The position numbers and the translations under genes were made by a program. Positions 24,414 through 36,300 of a stretch of DNA of 64,000 nucleotides are shown here, piece after piece; the first letter of the stretch is position 1, and the number at the start of each line of letters is the position of its first letter. The notes below the pieces were generated by a model, which made no database searches, was not told the DNA's origin, and saw only the letters and a list, made by a program, of their open reading frames with translations. The stretch comes from Macrostomum lignano (taxonomy: Eukaryota), in assembly GCA_002269645.1 (NCBI GenBank), contig NIVC01003001.1, forward strand, positions 1-64,000, read 5' to 3'.

Positions 24414-27400
24414 ATGATGCAGCCACAGTACTTTAACTACCTGCTGTGGTCGCTTCTCATTGGCTGCCTCGGCTCATTTTGTTTCGGCTACAGGTGGGAC
24501 TACGTCAAGGTGCCGAACTACAAAGGCAGCGAGTACATCTTCCGTTACCCACTGAATAGCTACAACAATTTCCACGACTCAGAGTCATACACCACCTTCG
24601 CAGCAGACTGTCTATCACTGACGGAAAACACGCATCCGATTTTCGCCCCGCTCAACGACACAAGAGCAGTGGACGCCTTCACAAAATTGTTCGCAGAAAA
24701 GTGAGTCAACTTGGCTGATCTGATTCAAAACTCTAGAACGCATTGATATCAATGCTGATATCAAACGTGTGTAACATCAACACAGCGAGCTGCTTACAAA
24801 CATGTGCACTCGTAGAGTCATAAAAATTTGCGTAGCTACCTTGCATTTCAGCGCCACGCTGATGAACATACTAAAGGGTAGGCGGCTCTGCACCAACTGG
24901 ACCTACCAGCCCTATCACTACACCGGAGGAGCCCCGGTGCCCTTGGCCTGGAACATGTTTGGGCCGAGTTTCACACCGCCAGCATCCCTGTGGGACAGCG
25001 CTTTAGTCGACGATAGGTGTAACTTAATTGCGCTAAAGCGAGCCTCGAATATGTTTCAGTACATCGCTGTGGATGTCAACACTGATATGTACCCAGTGTG
25101 CGAGTACTTTCCGCTGCGTAAGTTTTTAGTTCCTTTTTGCTTAATCAGTGGATTCTGTATCGATTGGGTCATCATAGGCCGCGACAATTTCTTTATTTTT
25201 AGTAATCCGGATGATTTGAATTGGCCTTTACGAAAGAAGATAGATAGAAAACTATAAATTGTGACGTCTATACATATTTTACGAGAATGCGACTTCACAC
25301 TTTATTAAGGGAATAAAAACCGTCCCCTTTCCCCTAGTGTCATTCCAGCCTAGTGTCAGTACAGTCGAGTGTCATTGCAGCCTAGTGTCATTGCAGCCTC
25401 AGTGTCAGTACAGTCTAGTGTCAGTACAGCCTAGTGTCAGTACAGTCGAGTGTCAGTACAGTCTAGTGTCAGTACAGTCGAGTGTCAGTACAGTCTAGTG
25501 TCAGTTCAGTCTAGTGTCAGTACAGTCGAGTGTCAAAATGTCTATACATGTACAAAGTAATTTCCTCACCCCGTCCCCCTACCTCGCAGCAAACGCCTCG
25601 GCAATGGCCGGCTTTGCGTGCAGCCAAGCGAGCCTGGTTGCTACAGTGGACGGGGGCCCATCGGTAAATCAGAGCTACTGCGTTCACTCCACTCAGTTGC
25701 AGCCTGATAACGATTACAAGTACGACAACTACCGTCTGTTCTGCGAGAAAGGCGATGGACGGCCCGCTCAGGCGGAGAGCAGTGAGAAGAGAAGCAAGTT
25801 ATGGTGAGAAAGTGTTTTTCAAACAGCAAGACATTTCTAGTATTCCTAGCAACGAATCGAACATATGAAGTAGTACACGCAGTTACATACGATCCGTAAA
25901 ATATGACTTAAAGATGACTTCTAAGAAGCAGATGTCTACCCAAACATCCAGCTCATTAAATATTACACTTAAAATTTCGGCCAGGAAATTTCTTAATGAC
26001 TCAATTCTACCCGGATCCAACGTGCAAAACGGAAAATACCTGATGCTGGCTCTCATGTTCGACACGGGAATGACAAACTGGAGGCATCAGTCCTTCTGTT
26101 TGCCTGGGACTCCGTGTCGGTCCAGCATCAACAGAGATATTCTTTCACAGTCTAAAACAAAAGGAGGCATTGTGTATTACAGCTGGGAAGGCAATGGGCC
26201 GAGAGAAGTTCGCATAGTAGAATATAACAATGATTGCGCCGTGTTGTGCACAGGTTAGTTGACGACTCAATTGACATACTCTTACAGACTTATGCAATGC
26301 CAGCTGAGTATTGCATCAGTCTGTAAGTCTGTCAGCTAAGCTAAAGTTGATTAGCTGAATCAACTTCATACTTCAGCCATGACCTGCCCCAGTCCGCACA
26401 CTGACGACCAGCTGACGGAGAGGCATCTCGTCTGCGCCTCCTGGAACAGTTCGCTCTCCGCTGCGGAGCTGCAGCTGAAGAAGCTGCCGTTTCACCACAT
26501 TGAATACACTTGCGCTCCCAACTTTGTGTTCGTCGGTGCCGAGCAAAATAGCAGCATTGTGAGGCGATGCACTCAGGTAAAACAGACGGTGACGTTTACT
26601 ACATTCAGGTAACAAGTTACATAAGTATTTCACGCGCCAATGCTGTACACAAGCGCTATATATCCTGTAACTTAATAGGAGAAAAGTGGAAAAAGATCAA
26701 AACTTGTGCATAGTCAAATGAGTTTCCATTATTTTACTGAACATAAGGCTGAACTAATTTTGTTGCATGTGATTCAACAGGATGCCGTTTGGGACAGCGA
26801 AATTCCGACCTGCGTCTCGCTGCCGTGCACCCAGATGCCCGTCTATCCGAATGACACAGCAACCATCACCAGCTTCACAACGAAGGGCGTCACCTACAAC
26901 TACACTGATAGCCAGCTGCTGACGCACCTCTTGTCGAACGGAACATTCCGACCCGGAGACGAAATCCACATCTCCTGTGAATCCGGTCTCACAGGCTCCA
27001 GCCAGACCGCCTCCTGCATGCCTGGCGGCAGCTGGAGCCCCGTCACCATGGACTGCAGCCCCGGATACTGTGGCGGCATTTCCGTCCCTCCGACGGTGGC
27101 CAACTCGCAGACCAACGCCACCCTCGGAAACACCTCCTGGGAGGGCGCCAGCCTCGCCTTCACCTGCAACACAAACTACAGCGTCAGCGGCCTGCCCAAC
27201 GGATCTGTCAGCTTCGTCATCAGCTGCATCAACAGCAGCTGGACCTCGTTCACCCACCTGAACTGCCGACCGACCGCCTGCTCGAGTCTGCCACCGGGAC
27301 TGGGAAACTCCAGCCTGTACAGCTCGCTGAACCTCGAGCAGGAGCTGCAGACGGGTCTGCCGGCTTCCGGAGTGCAGGTCGACGACAGCCTCAGCTACGA

Positions 27401-28914
27401 GTGTCGGCCCGGCTTCGTTCGGACGACGCAGAACCGGCGATTGAGCATCTTCTGCAGGCTGGGAGACCGCTGGGAGCCGGACGTTCCCGGTCCGTGCCAG
27501 CTGCTCAACTGCTCACAGCCGGATGCCATCGTGCTGCAGCCTCAGGCCGCTCGCATGACCGTCATCAATGCATCGTTCAACTTTGCTAACAGCTCGCACC
27601 TGCCCTACACAAGTTTGGTGCGGCTGAGCTGCGAAGAGCCGTACTTTGCCATGCCGGGCAGCAGCGAGCTGGCCGTGTGCGGACTGTCAGACGGAGATCC
27701 GCCTGCGGCAGTGTGGCGCAGCGTCGGCTCAAATGTGGCCTTCAGCTGCCGCAGTAAGCAACTTGTCATTATTGCTTCTAATCCGAAACTTGGAGTGGTG
27801 GCTTGCAAAAGAATGTACACCAATCTGGGCAATTTAGTTATAGATACCGGTATATAAATTTTGTATTGAACTGCCGTCTTTCTCAACAGAAAGCCATCTC
27901 CGAACCTCTCGCAGAGCACTGCAACAACAGTCTCTTGGCTCAGCTTGTCGGATTCGGACTGGTCGACTTCCCCACCAGCTCCTACACGGATCCCGACCGA
28001 GTGGCCAACATCACCTGTTTTTCGAGCGCCTTCGCTCCGCTGGCGGCGAACGTCAGTCTACAGAGCGACTCGCAGTTCCTCCTACAGGCGGTCTGCACCG
28101 CCGGTGACTGGACGGTGCTCAACCAGCTGCTGCTGCCGACATCGGAGACTCTGTGCCAGCCGAAGCCCTGTATGTTGCCTACCAACCTGACTCGATCTTC
28201 AGCCGTGCCCAGCAACAACCTGGGAACCGTGACTACGGGAGACGGTCAGGTGTACCTGCCAGTGAACAGCAGCGTGGAAGTGAGGTGCTGGCCCAACTGC
28301 CGTTTTGTGGACGCGTACGCCAGCTCCCGGACGGCTACATGTGATATAGGTCTGTCTTGAGCGTTTCACGACATCAATTAGTTTTTCGTAGATCTTGCAG
28401 TTTACGTCAAGGTGCACATTAGGAGAATAACGAAAAACTTGGCAGTCAGTCAGTCAGCCAGAGAAGGATTTGTCATTAAATTGTATTTTGTTTATGCCTT
28501 GGCAGATCCGTACATAGATTGTACCAGAATGCTACCGGTTTCGATCAGCGCCTTATAAAGATTCCTAGATGCTCAACTGAAAATTATGCTAAAGAATGCT
28601 AGTGCAGGCATCAGCATACCGCCATTCAATCTTGCCAGGCCCTCAGTGGAGCATCGGCGGCTCCATGAACTGCCAGCCGGTCGTCTGTCCTGACCGAGAC
28701 TTCGGTCCCGGGATCGAATCCAGCGTTCTGGTTGGTCCTCTGAACGCCTCCACTCCGGCGGAGACTGCGACAAGGCCGTTCCTTATCGGAGACCAGGTGG
28801 CCTTCACGTGCCGGGAGAACGCCTCTTCTTCTGGCTTAGTTTTGCTCAACTGCACCGCTGAGCCGAACTTCACAGCCGTCTGGCGACCAAACTTTGAACA
28901 GCCCTACTGCGCAG
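24414..28914 (+). CDS. Secreted C-type-lectin-like + multi-Sushi/CCP protein, paralog 2 (intact frame, at least 973 aa; terminal exon not identified)
   Basis: Exons 24414-24700, 24852-25117, 25590-25803, 25985-26253, 26377-26576, 26781-27753, 27915-28349, 28639-28914. All introns are GT..AG and the frame is open throughout. Signal peptide MMQPQYFNYLLWSLLIGCLGSFCFG; lectin-like ends YPVCEY and CAVLC; about 8 CCP modules. Confidence 0.88.
25332..25535. repeat. ~16-bp minisatellite (CTAGTGTCAGTACAGT)n in intron 2 of paralog 2
   Basis: Tandem AGTGTCA-containing units. Confidence 0.9.
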
Positions 28915-29637
28915 GTGAGCACTTTACTATGAGTTCAATGGGGATTTTTTTCGGGGCCACTGGTGGTAAAAAGATCGAAAAAATTGAAGAATCGCTCTTC
29001 AGTAGCGAGATAGGGTTTTTTATTCCTAACGTCAACTTTTAAGGTTACGTTAAGGTGAACCACTTTCTACATAGTGGCTACGATTTCTTTTGTCACCACT
29101 GGTCCTTGGGTGATTTACCTGTGGCTTTTTTGTTTTTCCGAGGTGGAGTTTTGGAGTTTTGGATTGGGTAAGTTTAGCAGAGTAAGTACCGAACTCACCC
29201 CTCGTACCATTCAGCAAATGCTTTGAATAGCTCCGTTGATGCTGCAGGCAGCCAATATGCTTATTTATGATATTTTCAATTTTTTGTTACAGTTGGTTGA
29301 GTCTGTTTTTTCTTAGAAATGTTCCTTGTTTCGTTTGAATATCAGACGTGATTTATCTTTTTTCAATTTCTAATAATACTCGAAAGGCAAGCTTGTACTT
29401 TCCACTCAATTCAGGTTTTGTCATTATTTCAATGGTTTTTTCTAGAATTGTTTAATCAACCTACTTATTAGTAGCATAGTTGCGCAATGGTTGCATGGTG
29501 TTTCAGAATTATAATGAACGCTTAAATTTGTCTTGACTTCGTGCATTTAAAAAATAGACGTAACGAAGCAGCAGTAAAATGCAATCTATCGAGCGATACT
29601 TCCCAGAAAGTCTTAATCACTTTACATGGGTGAACCC

Positions 29638-29720
29638 ACTGACTGACTGACTGACTGTGACTGTGACTGTGAATGATGGGGTGAATGAGGTGAGGTGAGG
29701 TGAGGTGAGGTGAGGTGAGG
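29638..29720. repeat. Compound microsatellite (CTGA)n / (CTGTGA)n / (GTGAG)n
   Basis: Visible simple repeats between the convergent paralogs 2 and 3. Confidence 0.8.
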
Positions 29721-30362
29721 CAACGGAGGCGTGAATGAGCTGAACCGAGAAGACGGATGGTGTCAATTGCTCACTAGCATTGCTGAAGCGGAACTCCACG
29801 CATTTTGAGCGCATGCAGCCGAAGAATCAATATGCTCGCGAACCGTGGGGAATTAGGAGAAATTGCGAGACTCCTGTCTTCACAGGTGAATGCTTAACTA
29901 TGCACACAAGGCAGTCTAACAGTTCAAAAAAAATGATCAGGAAAACACACTAGTATCCTCAGATGCGTAAATGCTTTAAGTATTTGGCTCAAATGTACTT
30001 CTAAAAGATGTTTTATTTATATTTGATACTTAGTTAGCAAAGACACAAATAAATAACTAGGTGGTAAGATTCACTGAAAGTAATAACAGTCTCTTTTAAA
30101 CGATATTGACAGGAAGACTGTTAAAATCTTTAATTACTTTTCAGGAAATAAGTCAGCCTGATTTATAGTCAGAACTACTGTCCTTTGTTTAACGTGAGAG
30201 GCACAGATGTCCATTTGATGTCTGCCCAAGTCTAATAACGTCTAGCTCGTATCTTTAGCAAAAAGGGCAACTCTCTCCAACTTACCAATGAAAACTTACC
30301 ATATCTGGCAGTGTGCCAAGCCGCTAAATTTCATTCAGGCCTCCATAAAAGAAGAGACTTAC

Positions 30363-33300
30363 CAGTGCAATACGGTCGGGTAGCATTCGACTGCCAGACG
30401 GCTGTGAAGTTCGGCCCAGCGGTGCAGTTGAGCAGCACTGAGCCCGGAGAAGACGCATTCTCCCGGCACACGAAGGACACCTGGTCTCCGATGAAGAACG
30501 GCCCGGTTGCCGTCTCGGCCAGGGTGGAAGCGTTTAGAGGACCGGCCAGCACGCTGGGATCGATCCCGTGACCGAAGTGGCTGTCCGGACAGACGACCAA
30601 CTGGCAGTTCATAGAGCCGCCGGCGCTCCACTGGGGGCCTGGATTTAAAAATGAAAGTGTTGGCTCACGTAGCCGAATTTCAGTTTGTCAAGACTGGGAT
30701 AACCCAGACACGGAAATCGCGGGTAGTTATATTGTATACCTGCAACTCTCGTCATAAACTAGGAGCCTTCACAACCATAAAAATTTGAAGGACTTTTAGC
30801 AGTAGAGCATCAAACTTCATCGTCTGAGCACACGTACGCGTTGATAAAACAAAGTAGCTCATAATTAAACGAAAAATCCTACACCTATTATTAGCAACAT
30901 GCCCAACTCGAAGCTTAAGAATGAATGCGAATTATCAGTCAGGGAACTTACCTAGAACACAAGTAGCCGTCCGAGAGCTCGCGTACGCGTCCACAAAGCG
31001 GCTGTTGGGCCAGCACCTCACTTCCACGGTGCTGTTCACTGGCAGGTACACCTGACCGTCTCCCGTAGTCACGTTTCCCAGGTTGTTGCTGGGAACGGCT
31101 GTAGATCGAGTCAGGTTGGTAGGCAACAGACAGGGCTTCGGCTGGCACAGAGTCTCCGATGTCGGCAGCAGCAGCTGGTTGAGCACCGTCCAGTCTCCGG
31201 CCGTGCAGACAGCCTGTAGGAAGAACTGCGAGTCGCTCTGTAGACTGACGTTCGCCGCCAGCGGAGCGAAGGCGCTCAAAAGGCAGGTGACGTTGGCGAC
31301 TCGGTCGGGATCCGTGTAGGAGCTGGTGGGGAAGTCGACCAGTCCGACTCCGACCAGCTGCGCCAAGAGACTGTTGTTGCAGTGCTCTACAAGAGGTTCG
31401 GAGATGGCTTTCTGTTGAAAAAGATTGTAGTTCATTGATGTGGCGGTCCACTGCCGCCAACTTATTAACATAATGCGGACTGCAGAGCTTTGCCTAAATG
31501 CCTCCCTTACTGTTATACCTATGGCCCAAATAGACGCTCAAGTTAAGAAGCCAGGCCGAACTTGAGGCCTGGCAAGCGGACTTTCTTTACTCGCTCGCAC
31601 AGCCTAAGGCGAGCCGCTACATTGAATAATTATATACCGGTATCTATAACTAGATTGCCCAGAGTGGTGTACATTCTTTTGCAAGCCACCACTCCAAGTT
31701 TCGGATTAGAAGCAATAATGACAAGTTGCTTACTGCGGCAGCTGAAGGCCACATTTGAGCCGACGCTGCGCCACACTGCCGCAGGCGGATCTCCGTCTGA
31801 CAGTCCGCACACGGCCAGCTCGCTGCTGTCCGGCATGGCAAAGTACGGCTCCTCGCAGCTCAGCCGCACCAAACTTGTGTAGGGCAGGTGCGAGCTGTTA
31901 GCAAAGTTGAACGATGCATTGATGACGGTCATGCGAGCGGCCTGAGGCTGCAGCACGATGGCATCCGGCTGTGAGCAGTTGAGCAGCTGGCACGGACCGG
32001 GAACGTCCGGCTCCCAGCGGTCTCCCAGCCTGCAGAAGATGCTCAATCGCCGGTTCTGCGTCGTCCGAACGAAGCCGGGCCGACACTCGTAGCTGAGGCT
32101 GTCGTCGACCTGCACTCCGGAAGCCGGCAGACCCGTCTGCAGCTCCTGCTCGAGGTTCAGCGAGCTGTACAGGCTGGAGTTTCCCAGTCCCGGTGGCAGA
32201 CTCGAGCAGGCGGTCGGTCGGCAGTTCAGGTGGGTGAACGAGGTCCAGCTGCTGTTGATGCAGCTGATGACGAAGCTGACAGATCCGTTGGGCAGGCCGC
32301 TGACGCTGTAGTTTGTGTTGCAGGTGAAGGCGAGGCTGGCGCCCTCCCAGGAGGTGTTTCCGAGGGTGGCGTTGGTCTGCGAGTTGGCCACCGTCGGAGG
32401 GACGGAAATGCCGCCACAGTATCCGGGGCTGCAGTCCATGGTGACGGGGCTCCAGCTGCCGCCAGGCATGCAGGAGGCGGTCTGGCTGGAGCCTGTGAGA
32501 CCGGATTCACAGGAGATGTGGATTTCGTCTCCGGGTCGGAATGTTCCGTTCGACAAGAGGTGCGGCAGCAGCTGGCTGTCAGTGTAGTTGTAGGTGACGC
32601 CCTTCGTTGTGAAGCTGGTGATGGTTGCTGTGTCATTCGGATAGACGGGCATCTGGGTGCACGGCAGCGAGACGCAGGTCGGAATTTCGCTGTCCCAAAC
32701 GGCATCCTGTTGAATCACATGCAACAAAATTAGTTCAGCCTTATGTTCAGTAAAATAATGGAAACTCATTTGACTATGCACAAGTTTTGATCTTTTTCCA
32801 CTTTTCTCCTATTAAGTTACAGGATATATAGCGCTTGTGTACAGCATTGGCGCGTGAAATACTTATGTAACTTGTTACCTGAATGTAGTAAACGTCACCG
32901 TCTGTTTTACCTGAGTGCATCGCCTCACAATGCTGCTATTTTGCTCGGCACCGACGAACACAAAGTTGGGAGCGCAAGTGTATTCAATGTGGTGAAACGG
33001 CAGCTTCTTCAGCTGCAGCTCCGCAGCGGAGAGCGAACTGTTCCAGGAGGCGCAGACGAGATGCCTCTCCGTCAGCTGGTCGTCAGTGTGCGGACTGGGG
33101 CAGGTCATGGCTGAAGTGAAGTGGAAATTATGGCTTAAGATAACTTTTTTGGATTATGCTTTGATTTGTAAACAACCAACTCTGTTGATTACTAATCATG
33201 AGAGACTTGAATTTTATTAATGTATTATAACGTGTACATGTAGCATGGGTAACATCCCAAAATCCCAATATCGGAAAAGGCCTATTGCACGTCAAGCTTT

Positions 33301-36300
33301 ATTTGCTGTCCCCCAAGAAAATAGCGTAATGTAGGACAGGCATAAAATATTATACTGCATTAAACTAGATTATTAAGAGCCAGAATAGTGGTTCCGACCT
33401 GCACATAGGACAGCCACTTGTTCGTCAAATTCCTTGTCCTTGATTTCTTTTGGATCACCATTGTCCCATTTTGAAATCACTATCAGTCCTTTCTCCTTAT
33501 CGTGATCAAGGATGTCTTTGTTGAGACTGGACCGGCACGGAATTCTCGGCAAGCAGAAGGACTGATGCCTCCAGTTGGTCATGCCAGTGTCGAACATTAG
33601 CGCCAACATCAGGTGGTCTCCTTCGTTCACAGATTGGCTTTGCAGGATAGAGTTGTTCAGGAACTCCCTAAATGAATTAAAATCGATTTGCTAAAATTGT
33701 TAGCAGTTTCAATCAGAGGCCTAGAATTTGAATGTTTGATCGGAATCACCTGTGTGGAATGTTTTGACTCGATTTTTTGACGAGACTTCCACCAAAACGT
33801 TATAAGAAATGGAAGAGACAGAAAAGTCAGAAAAGAGAATTTGAGCGACAGAAAGAGCTGTCGTTTGGCGTGAGGTTTTTTGTGATAAAAATGATGAGGT
33901 AAAATAAGATAAAAGTACACCAAGAATCCAAAGGTATGAATAGAAACACACCACATCTTTTGTCGTTTCTCTGCACTCTCAGCTTGAGCAGGCCGACCAG
34001 TCCGATTCTCGCAGAACAAGTTATATTTGTCTTTTTCGTACTCGTCATCCAGTTTCAGCTTTTGAAAATGAACGCAATAGCTTTGATTCACCAGCGGCCC
34101 TTCGTCAATGCTGGCAACCAATGTGACCGGGCTGCAGGTGCTGCTTCCAGTTGAGCTGTTGGCTGCAAAATTTTTTTGAATAATCAGATTTTAACTCTTG
34201 TGTAGCTAAACAGAACAGTATGGCAGAAATAGGAAACTGACTTCAGGTAAAAGTATCAGCCGCCTACATTAAATGAGATTGGTCTGTTAATATCATTCTC
34301 TATCCTCCATCCCTATCACCATATTCGATCATTTGCAGTAGTTCTGTCACCCTCACTACGATAGCTTTGTCACCCTCACTGGGGTAGCTTTGTCACCCCC
34401 ACTGCGGTAGCTTTGTCACCCTCATTGCAGTAGCTTTGTCACCCCCACTGCGGTAGCTTTGTCACCCCCACTGCGGTAGCTTTGTCACCCTCATTGCGGT
34501 AGCTTTGTCACCCCCACTGCGGTAGCTTTGTCACCCCATTGCAGTAGCTTTGTCACCCCCACTGCAGTAGCTTTATCAACCTCATTGCAGTAGCTTTGTC
34601 ACCCCCATTGCAGTAGCTTTGTCAACCTCATTGCAGTAGCTCTGTCATCCCCATTGCAGTAGCTCTGTCACCCCCATTGCAGTAGCTTTGTCACCCCCAT
34701 TGCAGTAGCTCTGTCAACACCATTTCAGTAGCTCTGTCATCCCCATTGCAGTAGCTTTGTCAACACCATTTCAGTAGCTTTCGCGCTCTAGGAATTATTT
34801 TCTACTCATTGAATAATTAAGCAACTTGAGAATAAGCGGCTACTCACGCAGCGGAAAGTACTCGCACATCGGGTACATGTGCACATCGGTAGACACGGCC
34901 GTGTACATAAACGAATTCTGAGTTCGCTTCAATGCGATCAGATTGATTTTTTTAGTAACGGATTTTTTATCCCACTGCCAAGCTGGCGGGGTGAAAGTCG
35001 GTCCGAACATGTTCCAGGCCAGGGGCACCGGGTCTCTCAGAATAGTAATAGGGCTTGTAGGTCCAGTTGGTTGCCAGCTCTTCGTCGTCCACAATTATTC
35101 TGACTGTGGCGCTGTTGCAGTTTCGTATGAATTAAAAGTATATAAAGATATTGATTTGGTGTAATAATTGAAAAAATCTTCTAAAAAAGTCTTCTAAAAA
35201 ATCCAAACTAACAGGGATTGATCGGTCGGTTTCGTTCAGGAATACGACGGAGACTTCTACTGTCAGCATATAAAAACGACCACTTTTGATAAGCTTTCCC
35301 GAGGCAACTAATATTTTTTGATGAGAAGTAGCTTGATTGATATTTTTGTTAGTTATAGATTGTAGCTCGTAGTACGATTGTGTTGGTTGTTGGTAGTTGT
35401 CATCGATTTTTGGCTCTCCGTTCAGACTCCAATAGACGCAAATTGAAGTAACACCATATGGTGCGTTTTAACGACTTTTTAATCACTCAGGAGCCTGGGA
35501 AGCTCGCAAAATCTTGGTGAAAAAAGTATGAGGCTCGTTCAAAAGCACTGTCTATGGCCAAGCCTTATACAAATAATTAAGAACTGAATCAGTTAACCAT
35601 TTTTCCGACCATCAAATGCAAGTGTGAATTGACCAAGGACCACTAGAAGTCAATACAGTAACAGGAGATTAAATAATATTTTAGAAATCAAGACATCAGA
35701 GAATATCCAGAGAATATCTATGGTTGCTTCATCAAAGGGCTTTTAGCACTGCAAGCATCTTTCAGTGAGGAAAACTCACTGATAATAGGAAGATAGATTA
35801 TGGATATTATTATAGATTTATCTAGATATTCTCTGGGCGACACGTAATGCAAGTTTTAGTACGAGCTTATATGGAGTTTGTACGAAGTATAAGGCTTGGC
35901 CATAGACGATGAGTTAAAACGAGCATCGTTACTTTTTTCACCATTATTTGCGTGTTTCCCATCGACCTGAGTGGTCTAGTCTGGACTTAGTCTATGGTAA
36001 AAAGCTGTGGCTTACAACTCTCACTTACTTCTCAGCCAATAGTTTGGTGAACGCGTCGAGCGCTCTGGTGTCGTTGAGCGGTGCGTAGATCTTGTGACCT
36101 TCCTCCGTCAAGTTAAAACAGTCAGAGGCAAAAGTCGTATATCGCAGGTCGGTGTACAAGCTGGAGCCGTCGATCGGGTAGCGGAAGATGTACTCAGTGC
36201 CCCTGAAGTTCGGCATCTTGACGTAATCCCACCGGTAGCCAAGGTAGACCGGACCGTGGCAGCAGCAGCACACGAGCCACCAAAGCAGGAATCGAGCAGA

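Noticed and set aside
27881-27914. Upstream CAACAG acceptor giving KAISEPLAEHC in intron 6
   Set aside because: It lies 25 nt before the phase-1 acceptor and would frameshift. Copy 1 also has this stretch degraded, so the downstream AG was chosen.
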